Shown piece by piece: positions 1 through 9,656 of a DNA stretch of 64,000 bases. The DNA lies in the NCBI GenBank assembly GCA_045596865.1, contig JAZODF010000077.1:4589-68588 (forward strand). Direction: 5' to 3'. The position numbers were made by a program, and so were the translations under genes. This DNA is from Eubacteriales bacterium (GTDB lineage Bacteria; Bacillota; Clostridia; Oscillospirales; CAG-272). Numbering within the stretch: position 1 is the stretch's first letter; each line of letters starts with the position of its first letter. Below the pieces are notes generated by a model that saw only the letters and a program-made list of their open reading frames with translations, searched no databases and had not been told where the DNA came from.

Positions 1-1787
1 TCGGTGATGCCGGGGTATTCAAGATACTTTGCATTGATGAGGTCGAGCTGTGCATTATCGGCGGGGGGAGTCGTTCCCTCCTCGTATGCACCGCGGGATG
101 CGGCATCAAGCGCGCTCTTCTTTGCAGAGAGGTACTGAGAATACTCGGCGCGGCGGACGTTGAGGATGAAGTGGTCGCAGACGTTGATGGCGATGGTCAT
201 CTCATCCTTGAGCGCGTTATAGGTAGCGAGGATAGCGTCGATTCCGTCGTAGGCGGCGTCATCGAAGTAGTTCTCGTTTGCGGCGGTGTATGCGGCAAAT
301 CTGGTGCCGAAGGTGGCGGTGGTATCAGCGCCGGCAAGGACGTTCGCGTGGAAGGCCTTAGCCTTTGCGTCGAGGGCCTCAAAGCGCTCGATTACCACGT
401 CGCGGGCGTTGCAAAGATCGTCGACACCGGGATAGCCGGCGTAGGGCTGAAGATTGACAACGGCGTCATAATAGGGCTTAAGGTAGCCGTAATTTCTGAC
501 GTTGGTATTGGTAAGCTCGGCATCCGAGAGGGCGGCGATAAGCGCCTCGGAGTCGGTCTTAAGCTGCTCAAGGGAGTTGTACTTTGCATTGTACTTCTCG
601 ATAACCGCGGTGATAGCGGCGGCATCATCACCCATGAAGGAGTAGTCCGCGGGGATGAGGTCGGCATAAAGCTTATACGAGGTGACGTGCTCAACAAGCT
701 GATCGTAGGAGCAGCCCTCGACGATGGTGAAGAGGCACTCGGAGAGCTTGTTAGCGAAGAGCTGAACGCCGACCTTGTTAAGGGCGAGGACGTTAGCCTT
801 AGCCTCATCGGTGGTGCCGACGAAGCCGTGCTCGTTAATAAGAGCAAGACCGGTGCTGAGGACGGCAACCTTATCGGCGACGGTGTAATCGTTGCTCTCA
901 CAGATGGTGAGGAAGTCGGCGATTGCGCGCTCGGTATCGGGGATCTTGTTCTCCTCGAGACGGGTGAAGGAGCCGCCGGATGCGATAACGTTGTCGAGGT
1001 CGATCTGGTTCTGGAAGGCAAGCTCAAGCATCGCGGAGCCAAGACGGATGCTACCAACCTTCTCGGTCGGGAGAGCAACGTCGGTGAGAGAGTAGACCGC
1101 GCTACCGTCGGATGCGAGGGTGACGGTAAGGCTGACCTTGCTGTTAACAACGCTATACTCAATGGCAACGTGATACTCGGTATTTGCGGCGATGCCGGCG
1201 GAGGCGGTGGTAACACTACCCGCTACGGCAGGGTCATAATACTGAACGTTACCCTTATTGAAATCGAACTTGAAGAGGTTGGTACCAACGGGAGTGCTAC
1301 CAACAATGTCGGTGGAGGATACCGCAGAGTCACAAACGAACACGCTGAAGATGAGGTTTGCGGCGCCCATCGGCATATTGTTCTTCATCAGAATGTCAAA
1401 CTCGAGGTTGAAGTCGTCGATCTCATCCCCCTCTGCCGCATTCCAATTGAGGTAGGTGGGAGTGGTGAGTGCGGGGTTAGCGCCACCCTTGATGGTAAGG
1501 TGCTTGTCACCCGAGCCACCGTCAACGATGGAAATCGTGGTAAGTGACTGATTGTTGACGTTGACGTTCACGAGCTGGTCGTTCGTGTAGCCGGATGCAA
1601 CCGCGTCAAGGTCGTCAAAGGCGTATCCGAAGATGATGGGCTCCTCGTAATACTCGAGAACGGTTTTGTGGTTCCCGACGTGGTACTTAAGCCCCTCGTT
1701 ACCTGCGGCAGATCCGACCATCGCAAAGAGCGAAACGGAAAGCGCGAGGACAACGAGACAAACGAAAATCCTCTTGGACATTTTCAT
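1..1787 (-). CDS. Large secreted/surface protein of unknown function (3' end runs off the window)
   Basis: Absent from the ORF track because it runs off the edge. ATG at 1787 follows a GGAG RBS. Translation begins MKMSKRIFVCLVVLALSVSLFAMVGSAA (signal peptide) and I read the frame as open to the window edge. The + ORF 171..1547 is its antisense shadow. Confidence 0.85.
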   Translation of the reverse strand, partial: MKMSKRIFVCLVVLALSVSLFAMVGSAAGNEGLKYHVGNHKTVLEYYEEPIIFGYAFDDLDAVASGYTNDQLVNVNVNNQSLTTISIVDGGSGDKHLTIKGGANPALTTPTYLNWNAAEGDEIDDFNLEFDILMKNNMPMGAANLIFSVFVCDSAVSSTDIVGSTPVGTNLFKFDFNKGNVQYYDPAVAGSVTTASAGIAANTEYHVAIEYSVVNSKVSLTVTLASDGSAVYSLTDVALPTEKVGSIRLGSAMLELAFQNQIDLDNVIASGGSFTRLEENKIPDTERAIADFLTICESNDYTVADKVAVLSTGLALINEHGFVGTTDEAKANVLALNKVGVQLFANKLSECLFTIVEGCSYDQLVEHVTSYKLYADLIPADYSFMGDDAAAITAVIEKYNAKYNSLEQLKTDSEALIAALSDAELTNTNVRNYGYLKPYYDAVVNLQPYAGYPGVDDLCNARDVVIERFEALDAKAKAFHANVLAGADTTATFGTRFAAYTAANENYFDDAAYDGIDAILATYNALKDEMTIAINVCDHFILNVRRAEYSQYLSAKKSALDAASRGAYEEGTTPPADNAQLDLINAKYLEYPGIT

Positions 1788-1838
1788 ATTTGCTTTCTCC
1801 TTAAAATAATATGCAGAAAAATATTTTTGCTCGTAATA

Positions 1839-1867
1839 ATTATAACATTATTCCGTCAAAAAATCAA
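1839..1867 (-). promoter_or_regulatory. sigmaA-type promoter for the secreted protein gene
   Basis: Minus strand TTGATT-N17-TATAAT. Confidence 0.65.
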
Positions 1868-1957
1868 CTCGACAATATGGCAAAAATTAGAGGTGGTATT
1901 TGTTTCTTTTGCACAAGCGCAGGTGCAAAAAATGTTCTAAATATTTTAGGGTTTTCC

Positions 1958-1986
1958 TTGATTTTTTAACACGGGTATGGTATAAT
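1958..1986 (+). promoter_or_regulatory. sigmaA-type promoter for the helicase gene
   Basis: TTGATT-N17-TATAAT with extended -10 TG. Confidence 0.7.
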
Positions 1987-2086
1987 TAGGTTGAGTTATT
2001 ATATTCGACCGTACTCGCCCTATTGGCGATTTTCACATATTTTCGGGCTGCGATGCGTCGCAGTCATCTTAATGAAAGGAGTTAAA

Positions 2087-5000
2087 ATGGCAAAAAGTAT
2101 TTACACGCACTACAAGGAACGCCTCATTGAGATCGGTGGCAACAACAAGTGCCTGTTTTTGAAAAGTATTGTTCGCAAAAGCGCATATGATATAGGCCGC
2201 ATTTTCGAGGGTCGCGATGATAAGGTCGCGGAGTTCGTCGACTTCCTCTGGACCGGGAGGAGATTCCCCCTGACCCTCATCGGCAATTCCGAAAAGTCCG
2301 CAATCCTCGCAAACCTCTCCGTCAAGGAAAGGACCGCCGCGGAGGACGCAACCGACGCCGACAGAAAGAAGGTTGCAAAGCTCAACAACGAGGCGAAGGA
2401 GCGAGCCATCGAGAACGAGATCACCAAGCTCAAGGAGCTGAAGCGCGAGGTTGAGGAGATCGAAAAGGAGACGGGAAGATACGAGCTGTATATCGGCTAT
2501 CCCTTCGTTTTCGGTTGTATTCCGCAGGGCGCGACTAAGACGCTTATCAAGGCACCCCTGATGCTCTTCCCCGTCAAGATCGATTTCCCCGACGAGAAGA
2601 CCGTCGAGCTGTATATCAACGAGGCGGAAAAGATACATATCAACCACGCGCTGGTGTACGCCTACGCCCAGTCGAAGAAGCTGAATATCGAGGACCTGGA
2701 CCTCGAGTTCGACGATTTATCGAAATTCCCGAACGTGAAGTCGGTCATCGACTACCTCGCGGCGGCGCACGTCAAGATCGATTGCACCAACTCGAAGAAC
2801 GTATACAATTACGGCAGATTCAAGGAGCCCGACGGAAAGGCGGACCTCTCCGTAAGATACGGCGCGGTCGTTGCGCGCTTCCCCCTCTCCAACTCGATCT
2901 ATCACGATTATACCGAGCTCGAGAAGAAAAAGCTGTATAACGACGCGGTAAACGAGCTGTTACAGCTCAAAAAGCCGAGGCGTGTCAAGAAAAAGAAGAA
3001 GCCCGCGAAGGTTGAGGCAAAGCAGAGCTACGTCGTCAAGATGCTCGACTACGCGCAGTCGCAGGTCGTAAAGAAGGTTGACGAGAACGGAAACATGGTT
3101 ATCTACGGCCCGCCCGGCACGGGTAAGTCGCAGACCATCGTCAACATTATCACCGACGCTATATGCAAGAAAAAGCGCGTGCTCGTCGTATCGCAGAAGA
3201 AGGCGGCGCTGGACGTCGTTTACAACCGTCTCGGCGTTCTTAACGCGAAGGCGATGTATATAAGCGACGAGATGCGCGAGAAGAGATCCTTCTACGAGCG
3301 TTGCCTTGCCGCGCACCAGAACGATATGCTCGAGTCGCTTGAGGACGTCAGCGCGCTTGAGACCAAGTACAACGAAATCGAGGATAAGATCCGCGCCGAG
3401 GAGGAGAAGCTTGAGCTGATCGCATCGACGCTGACCGACGTGCGGCCGTTTGGCCTTTCCCTCTCCGAGATGTATTCGATGTCGGTGAACCTTGCAAAGA
3501 GCTCGTCCGAATACAATACCTATCTCAAGATGATCGAGGACAAGGAGCTCATGGCTCTTGATTACAAGGCGCTTTACGACGCTTTGTTCGGAATCAAGGA
3601 GATGAACCTTGCCGAGATGTATTACGATTTCCTGCAGGACAAGGAAAAGAACCCGCTCATCGACAATATGCAGTCCGACCTCGACATTCGCACCCTCAGT
3701 GAGGTCAAGGGTCAGCTTGAGGAGATACAGAAGTCGCGCAAGGGCCTGTTCAACACGGCGAAGTACCCCTACTATCGCCTTGTGCTCGCCTACTATCACG
3801 ATATAAAGAACGACGGCGTTCTCGACGCGGTGGTGCGTATGCAGCGCCAGCTCGAATACCCCGACAAGCATTTCGGCGTTTCCAAGCTTGAAAAGGCGAT
3901 GAAGGAGGAGATGCTCGACACCCTTGACGCGATCGAGAAGTACATCAAGGATTACGATTGCCTTGACAAGGTGCTGACCGCGGACGGTTATCTGTCGGTT
4001 ATTGACAATATTTTAAGAGGTAACACCTCTTACATCCGCCTCGTTTACGACGCGCTGGACAATTACATTTCCCTGCGTGACGTTAACAAGCTCATCGACA
4101 GTCTTGACAAGAACAAGCAGACGGTGCTGAATTTTGCCTACAAGACGTCGAAGAACCGCACCAATTTCTTCGATATTATTTCAAAGCTGATGGACATCAG
4201 GATCTACCACGAGGTGCTCGTTTACGAGGAGAGCCTCAAGGACGATCTGTCCGTAATTCTCGATTTCGCAAACATCACGGCGAAGATATACAAGCTCAAG
4301 GAGGAGCAGCTTGATATTGCATACAAGCTCTGCTCCGGAAAGAACAGCCGTGAGTACGAGACGCTCTACGAGACCTCGAAGGATAACAAGGATTACCTGT
4401 ACCAGATATCGAAAAAGCAGAAATACTGGCCCATCCGTCAGACGATGGAGGTGTTCGGTAAATTTATTCTGACGCTCTTCCCCTGCTGGCTTCTCTCCCC
4501 CGAGAACGTTTCAAACCTTCTTCCCCTTGAGAAGAATATGTTCGACATCGTTATATTCGACGAGGCGTCGCAGGTATTCATTGAGAGCACTATCCCGACA
4601 ATTTACCGCGGTAAGTCCATCGTAGTTGCGGGAGATGACAAGCAGCTGCGCCCGTCGGCGACCTTCATGAAGAGGTACCTCGGTGCGGATCCCGAGCTGC
4701 TCGAGGATTACTCGGTTCAGGCGGCGCTGGAGGTTGACAGCCTTCTCGATCTTGCGGTCGCGAGATACGATAGCGCAAACCTGACCTATCATTACCGCTC
4801 GCGCAATCAGGAGTTGATCGATTTCTCCAACGCGGCGTTCTACTCCTCCTCCCTACAGATCGCGCCCAATATCTCGAAGAACAAGACCCAGCGACCCATC
4901 GAGAGATACAAGGTTGCGGGCAAGTGGATCGACAGGCGCAACCCCGCCGAGGCGAAGAAGATCGTCGAGCTGTTAAAGGAGATATTCGCGACGAGGAAGA

Positions 5001-5827
5001 ACAACGAGTCGATCGGTATTATCACCTTCAACAGCGAGCAGCAGGGCTGTATCGCGGATGCGATAGATTACGCGATGGCGCGTGACCCCGAGTTCCGCTC
5101 CGCCATCCTCAAGGAGCGTCACAGGATCGACGGCGGCGAGGACACGAGCATGTTCATCAAGAACCTTGAGAACGTGCAGGGTGACGAGAGAGATATCATC
5201 ATCTTCTCCATCGGTTATGCGGAGAACGAGTCGGGCAAGCTCTACACCTCCTTTGGCTCGCTGTCGATGGAGGGTGGTGAAAACCGCCTCAACGTCGCTA
5301 TCACGAGAGCGAGGACAAAGATCATCGTCGTTACGAGCATTGAGCCCGAGGAGCTGAAGGTCGAGGGATCAAAGCACCTTGGACCGAAGCTGTTAAAGAA
5401 GTACCTGACCTACGTTCGTGCGGTTGCGAAGAACGACCCCGAGGAGGTCAAGGTCATCCTCTCCGAGCTCAATCCCGCGGAGACGAAGGCGGCGAGCCTT
5501 TACACCGCGCTGGCAACGGTTGAGGATCAGATCAAGGAGAGGCTCGAAAAGCTCGGCTACCACGTTGAGACGGCGGTAGGAAACAGAAACAACCGCGTTT
5601 CGCTGGCGGTTTACGATCCGAAGACGGACAGATACCTCGTCGGCGTCGAGCTCGACAAGGATGCGTTTGCAAGCTCCACCTCCTGTATGGAGCGGGACGT
5701 TTACAAGCCGAGATTCCTTGAATCCCGCGGATGGACGGTTATGCGCGTTTGGTGCCGTGATTGGTGGCTTTCCCCCGCGAAGGTCGTCAAGAGCATTGCA
5801 CAGGCGGCAGAGAAAAACAAAAAATAA
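2087..5827 (+). CDS. DUF4011-type superfamily 1 (Upf1/Dna2-like) helicase with C-terminal Vsr/DUF559-like domain
   Basis: RBS AAAGGAG before ATG 2087. Helicase motifs GPPGTGKSQT, DEASQ, GDDKQLRP, HYRS, VQGDERD, RLNVAITRAR. N-terminal LYIGYPFV...APLMLFPV segment typical of DUF4011. C-terminal FLESRGWTVMRVW. Confidence 0.85.
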   Translation: MAKSIYTHYKERLIEIGGNNKCLFLKSIVRKSAYDIGRIFEGRDDKVAEFVDFLWTGRRFPLTLIGNSEKSAILANLSVKERTAAEDATDADRKKVAKLNNEAKERAIENEITKLKELKREVEEIEKETGRYELYIGYPFVFGCIPQGATKTLIKAPLMLFPVKIDFPDEKTVELYINEAEKIHINHALVYAYAQSKKLNIEDLDLEFDDLSKFPNVKSVIDYLAAAHVKIDCTNSKNVYNYGRFKEPDGKADLSVRYGAVVARFPLSNSIYHDYTELEKKKLYNDAVNELLQLKKPRRVKKKKKPAKVEAKQSYVVKMLDYAQSQVVKKVDENGNMVIYGPPGTGKSQTIVNIITDAICKKKRVLVVSQKKAALDVVYNRLGVLNAKAMYISDEMREKRSFYERCLAAHQNDMLESLEDVSALETKYNEIEDKIRAEEEKLELIASTLTDVRPFGLSLSEMYSMSVNLAKSSSEYNTYLKMIEDKELMALDYKALYDALFGIKEMNLAEMYYDFLQDKEKNPLIDNMQSDLDIRTLSEVKGQLEEIQKSRKGLFNTAKYPYYRLVLAYYHDIKNDGVLDAVVRMQRQLEYPDKHFGVSKLEKAMKEEMLDTLDAIEKYIKDYDCLDKVLTADGYLSVIDNILRGNTSYIRLVYDALDNYISLRDVNKLIDSLDKNKQTVLNFAYKTSKNRTNFFDIISKLMDIRIYHEVLVYEESLKDDLSVILDFANITAKIYKLKEEQLDIAYKLCSGKNSREYETLYETSKDNKDYLYQISKKQKYWPIRQTMEVFGKFILTLFPCWLLSPENVSNLLPLEKNMFDIVIFDEASQVFIESTIPTIYRGKSIVVAGDDKQLRPSATFMKRYLGADPELLEDYSVQAALEVDSLLDLAVARYDSANLTYHYRSRNQELIDFSNAAFYSSSLQIAPNISKNKTQRPIERYKVAGKWIDRRNPAEAKKIVELLKEIFATRKNNESIGIITFNSEQQGCIADAIDYAMARDPEFRSAILKERHRIDGGEDTSMFIKNLENVQGDERDIIIFSIGYAENESGKLYTSFGSLSMEGGENRLNVAITRARTKIIVVTSIEPEELKVEGSKHLGPKLLKKYLTYVRAVAKNDPEEVKVILSELNPAETKAASLYTALATVEDQIKERLEKLGYHVETAVGNRNNRVSLAVYDPKTDRYLVGVELDKDAFASSTSCMERDVYKPRFLESRGWTVMRVWCRDWWLSPAKVVKSIAQAAEKNKK

Positions 5828-5890
5828 CCCCCGCACGGTTTCCCGTTTGATTACGGGTGGCGTGAGGGGCGGTAAAGGCAAATTATACGA

Positions 5891-5926
5891 AAACGGCAAG
5901 CACGTCGGTTGTGCTTGCCGTTTTTA
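5891..5926. terminator. Bidirectional intrinsic terminator
   Basis: AAAACGGCAAGCAC-loop-GTGCTTGCCGTTTTT between convergent genes. Confidence 0.8.
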
Positions 5927-6014
5927 TTTTGAGATGAGGTGATGAGTATCCCCTTTCGGGTTGAGGGTGCTCCGTTTTGGGTTGAGGGTATTCCCTCCCT
6001 AGTGGTAGCGACGG

Positions 6015-6224
6015 TCAGTCGAAGCGGATGCCCGGGTTCATAATCGCGGGTGATTTCCAGACGATGCCGTAATCGGAGAGGAGGATGTCCCTCTTGGTTG
6101 CCCAATAGAGGTGACAATAGCCCATGCCGCGATTTTCGCCGATTTTTGCGAGGATCTTTTCCTCGAGCTCCTTTTCGATTGCCTTATACTCGGGGGTATC
6201 CTCGATGGGGTCGTGTTTAAGCAT
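6015..6224 (-). CDS. Small hypothetical protein (69 aa)
   Basis: AGGAGG RBS before ATG 6224. Sequence MLKHDPIEDTPEY...GMGYCHLYW...WKSPAIMNPGIRFD. Starts 11 nt after the upstream stop. Confidence 0.75.
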   Translation of the reverse strand: MLKHDPIEDTPEYKAIEKELEEKILAKIGENRGMGYCHLYWATKRDILLSDYGIVWKSPAIMNPGIRFD

Positions 6225-6235
6225 AATACGCCTCC

Positions 6236-6787
6236 TTACGAATATTCCTGCATTATTGCGACGTCGGTAAAGCCCGTGGTATCCTCGCCGAGGGTGAGAT
6301 AGGTGTAGCCGTCCATAAAGGAGAGGAAGTCGAGCGCGTCGTCGTAGTGATCGACCTGCATAAGCAGGCGGGCGGGCTCGCCCTCGTATTGCCAATCGTT
6401 ACAGAAGCCGAGCAGCTTCATCCCGTCGGCGTAATCGTCACACTCAAAGAACTCAACGGCGACGTCGGAGGTGTATTTTTCAAAGCCCGGGACCTCCGAA
6501 TTGAAGTCGGTAAAGACGGCGTCGGGGGAATCGGAGTAGCGAACGATGGGCAGAAGGTTGTATTCCCCGCCCTCGGTATCGAGGAAGATATAGAGGAAGC
6601 CCTCGCGCGGCAGGACGCCGTCCTTATCGAAGGGGGCAGCCTCCTCGAGGTTGATTTGACAGAAAAAGAGGGTGTCGTCATAAAAATCGTCACCCCATGC
6701 GAGGGGCATTGTGGGTGAGCCGAAGAATTTCGAGCGCACGGGCGAGAGAGGCTCGGCGCATTTTGTCAGCTTCATTCCGATAGCCAT
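6236..6787 (-). CDS. DUF1963/YwqG-like protein
   Basis: SKFFGSPTMP and FFCQINLEE...LPREGFLYIF motifs. GGAG RBS before ATG 6787. Confidence 0.7.
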   Translation of the reverse strand: MAIGMKLTKCAEPLSPVRSKFFGSPTMPLAWGDDFYDDTLFFCQINLEEAAPFDKDGVLPREGFLYIFLDTEGGEYNLLPIVRYSDSPDAVFTDFNSEVPGFEKYTSDVAVEFFECDDYADGMKLLGFCNDWQYEGEPARLLMQVDHYDDALDFLSFMDGYTYLTLGEDTTGFTDVAIMQEYS

Positions 6788-6889
6788 GGTTTTACTCCGT
6801 TTCGTGATTATTTTGATATTTCCTTCCCTCTCGGGATAGGAGAAAGCACCCCTTGTGCGAGGCAAGGGGTGCGGATAAATGCGGGTAAA

Positions 6890-8524
6890 TCAATGAGTGA
6901 GAACGTTGGTGGTAAGATAGATGCGCGCTTGGTTTACGTAGACCGGCTGCTTTTCCTTGCCCCAAGGGAGAATCTCCTCCTCGAGCTCGGGGATAGAGTC
7001 GATCTTGCCGCTGACGTAATCGAGCAGACGGCGGCGGCAGGCGGAGGTGCGGCGGATGATGGCGCCGATGCGGACGTCCTGAACGTCAAAGCCGCAGGGC
7101 TTGTTATCCGCGAACCACTGCTTTTCAAAGGCGAGGCCGAAGGCGTTGATTGCCTTTTCCGCCTTGACGTAATCGTTTTCGGCGAGGGCGCGGAGAGTCT
7201 CCATATCGCCGCTCTTGTATGCGGCACGGGTCTTTACACCGAGCTCGTACTTAACGGCGAGGGCCTCGCAGAGCCTTGCCGCGGTGTTGAAGAGGTAGCC
7301 GAATTTGCGGGACTTTTTCGCGATTTTTGCAAGCTCGGGCACGAGGGCGGCGTACTTTTCGGACGCGCCGGGAACAACGGTATAATCGAGGAAGCCGTTG
7401 AAATAGTCGGAATAGAGCATATATTTCGAGGGATTGACGGGACTGTTGCCCTCGAAGCATGCCTGAGGCTCGTCGGAGAGGATGTTGTTGGGTGCATCGA
7501 GCAGCATGAACTCGTCAAAGGTGATGCCGCCGGTGAAGCGAACGAACTTCTCCTTAATGGACTCCATATCCTCGTTACCCTTTGCAATCTCGGATACGTA
7601 GAAGAGCGAGGGGAGAAGCGAGAATTTCGAGCACTCGGCACCGTCGTCACCCCACATAGTCATAAAGACGTTCTTGACCTTATTTTTCTTGCAGGAGTGG
7701 ATAGCGGCGCTCATCATTTTCATAGAGAAGCCGTTATGAGGCATAAAGCCGCCCCAGGACCACACGCCGCCCGCGAACCAAACGTTCTTCGAGAGCTGAC
7801 GGTGCATATCGAACATTACGTCGTACTGCTCCTCACGCTGGTGGTAGTAATCCCAATATACGGGGATGACCGATTCGGGCACGGAATCCTTTACGTCGGC
7901 GGGGAGGTCGCAGACCTCCTTGAGGTAATAGCCGCCGTCCTTCGTCCAGCAGCGGAAGAACATATCCGACCAGAGCATGACCTCGTAGTCGAATTTTTCG
8001 GCGATCTCGCAGACCTTGGCGAGATGGCGCTTCATAATCGCGCTCTTCTCCTCGTAGCCGAATTTATCAAGGTGTCTGCCCCTTCCGAGCATGTGTGCCT
8101 CGTCCATGCCGACGTGAAGCTTGCGGGAACGGAAGCACTCGGAGAGGGTGGTGAACATATGCTCAATAAGCTCGTAGGTGCGGGGGTCATCGGCAAGGAG
8201 GATGTCGTCGCAGTCGACCGGGAACTGATTCCAGCGGATGGTGCCGTTAAGGTGAGCGAGAGTCTGGATGCAGGGGATAACCTCAATACCGATGGAGGTG
8301 GCAAAAGCATCAAGCTCCTTCATCTCCTCCTTCGAGTATCTGCCGCGCATATAGCCGAATTACGGCTCGCCATCGACCTCGTAGGTATCCTCAACGTAGA
8401 GGAAAACGGTATCGTAGCCCATTTTGCGAATAATGGGAAGGAAACGCTTGAGCGACGGGAGGCTCATAACCGCGTTTCGCGACATATCAAGCATAACGCC
8501 AAAAGATTTGTAGCCCTTAGCCAT
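6890..8524 (-). pseudogene. GH20-family beta-N-acetylhexosaminidase interrupted by an in-frame TAA at 8360-8362
   Basis: Fragment MAKGYKSFGVMLDMSRNAV...EDTYEVDGEP* continues in frame as FGYMRGRYSKEE...IPCIQTLAH...HVGMDEAH (catalytic DE pair). The TAA sits where Tyr of EPYFGY is expected. Confidence 0.8.
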
Positions 8525-8567
8525 TTTTATTTCTCCTTTTCGGTGCGAGGTATCGCACATCAAGGTC

Positions 8568-8596
8568 ATTATACATAATTTACAGATTTTAGTCAA
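8568..8596 (-). promoter_or_regulatory. sigmaA-type promoter for the GH20 gene
   Basis: Minus strand TTGACT-N17-TATAAT. Confidence 0.7.
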
Positions 8597-8644
8597 CAGA
8601 AATTTCGTATTTTTTCATATTTTTAAAAAAATTGACGTTAGGTA

Positions 8645-8673
8645 TTGAATTATTAACATTTTCGGTGTATAAT
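8645..8673 (+). promoter_or_regulatory. sigmaA-type promoter for yajC
   Basis: TTGAAT-N17-TATAAT. Confidence 0.7.
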
Positions 8674-8708
8674 ATGTGAGAAAATAAAATGAAAGGTATG
8701 TCAAAGAG

Positions 8709-9089
8709 ATGTTCAATTTTCTTATTGAGACCACCTCCAACACCGCATCCAATGCACTCGGCTCGCTTATGCCGATTATCGGTATCGTGCTTCTCATCGT
8801 GTTCTTCTATTTCTTCATGATACGTCCCCAGAAGAAGCAGGAGAAGAAGGATGCGGAGATGCGTGACTCGCTTCAGGTTGGTGACGAGGTTACCACCATC
8901 GGCGGTATTATCGGTAAGGTTGTTTCCATCAAGGAGGAGACCTTCGTCCTTGAGACCACCAAGGATCGTACCAGAATCCGTTTCCTTCGCGGCGCTATCA
9001 GAAGCGTTGACGTGAAGATCGCCGACGTTGTTGCCGCTCAGAAGGCAGAGGCCGAGGAGGCAACGGCAGACACCGAGGAGAAGAAGTAA
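8709..9089 (+). CDS. yajC: Preprotein translocase subunit YajC
   Basis: FYFFMIRPQKKQEK...LQVGDEVTTIGGIIGKV signature. Confidence 0.95.
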   Translation: MFNFLIETTSNTASNALGSLMPIIGIVLLIVFFYFFMIRPQKKQEKKDAEMRDSLQVGDEVTTIGGIIGKVVSIKEETFVLETTKDRTRIRFLRGAIRSVDVKIADVVAAQKAEAEEATADTEEKK

Positions 9090-9104
9090 TTCCCCCCTCA
9101 TACG

Positions 9105-9138
9105 AAAACGGCAGGGCAAGAAGTGCCCTGCCGTTTTT
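9105..9138 (+). terminator. Intrinsic terminator after yajC
   Basis: AAAACGGCAGGGCA-loop-TGCCCTGCCGTTTTT. Confidence 0.8.
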
Positions 9139-9147
9139 CTGTTTTCG

Positions 9148-9176
9148 TCATATTTTGGAATCACGGTGAATATCAT
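9148..9176 (+). promoter_or_regulatory. Candidate sigmaE (sporulation) promoter
   Basis: TCATATT...AATATCAT, i.e. ATA-N16-aATAnnnT spacing as in the B. subtilis sigmaE consensus. Confidence 0.4.
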
Positions 9177-9208
9177 TCAGTAGAAATGAAAACCGAAAGG
9201 AAAAGGAT

Positions 9209-9607
9209 ATGACGAGAAAACGGAGAATAATCGGGGATAGCTCCCCTATGGTATACGTTCTGATTTCTGTGGCGGGGTCCTATCTCGTTCTGGCGATTTG
9301 CGCGATGGTGATGGCGGGGGTATGCAGTCTCACCGCCGACCCGTCGGCGCTGACGGGGGCGGCATCCTTTGCCGCGCTGCTGCTTTGCGCGGGGGTGAGT
9401 GGATTCCTTATCTCACGGCTGCGGGGTGAGGGAGGATTTTTGTGCGCGATGCTGGCGGCGGCTCTGTTCGTCGTCGTGCGGATCGTGATATCCATTTTCC
9501 TTGTCGGTACGGACATTTCCGACCTGCTTGACTATGCCTGCTATCTCGGTATCGGGGCGATTTTTGCCCTGATCGGACAGAGGAAAACGCGAAGAAAAAG
9601 AAGATAA
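9209..9607 (+). CDS. Four-TM membrane protein (TIGR04086/YrzE-like)
   Basis: Four hydrophobic segments and a basic C-tail, located after yajC as in other Bacillota. Confidence 0.65.
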   Translation: MTRKRRIIGDSSPMVYVLISVAGSYLVLAICAMVMAGVCSLTADPSALTGAASFAALLLCAGVSGFLISRLRGEGGFLCAMLAAALFVVVRIVISIFLVGTDISDLLDYACYLGIGAIFALIGQRKTRRKRR

Positions 9608-9641
9608 AAGGATGGCTCCCTTCGCAGGGGGCCATCCTTTT
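9607..9641. terminator. Bidirectional intrinsic terminator
   Basis: AAAGGATGGCTCCC-loop-GGGGGCCATCCTTTT. Confidence 0.75.
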
Positions 9642-9656
9642 GTATTGTGGGCAAAA

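Noticed and set aside
171-1547. Long + strand ORF (458 aa) and similar long antisense ORFs (6869..8578, 23821..26052, 28075..30042, 33127..35667, 36875..39892, 52089..54878)
   Set aside because: They are codon-register mirrors of real minus-strand genes, expected when TTA/CTA/TCA codons are rare. They have no recognisable motifs.
5958-5989. Short direct repeat GGGTTGAGGGT x2
   Set aside because: Two short copies in a spacer with no further structure, compatible with chance or local slippage.
8360-8362. Stop-codon reassignment or selenocysteine/pyrrolysine recoding
   Set aside because: The codon is TAA, which is the normal stop of many genes in this window, and no other interrupted gene was seen.
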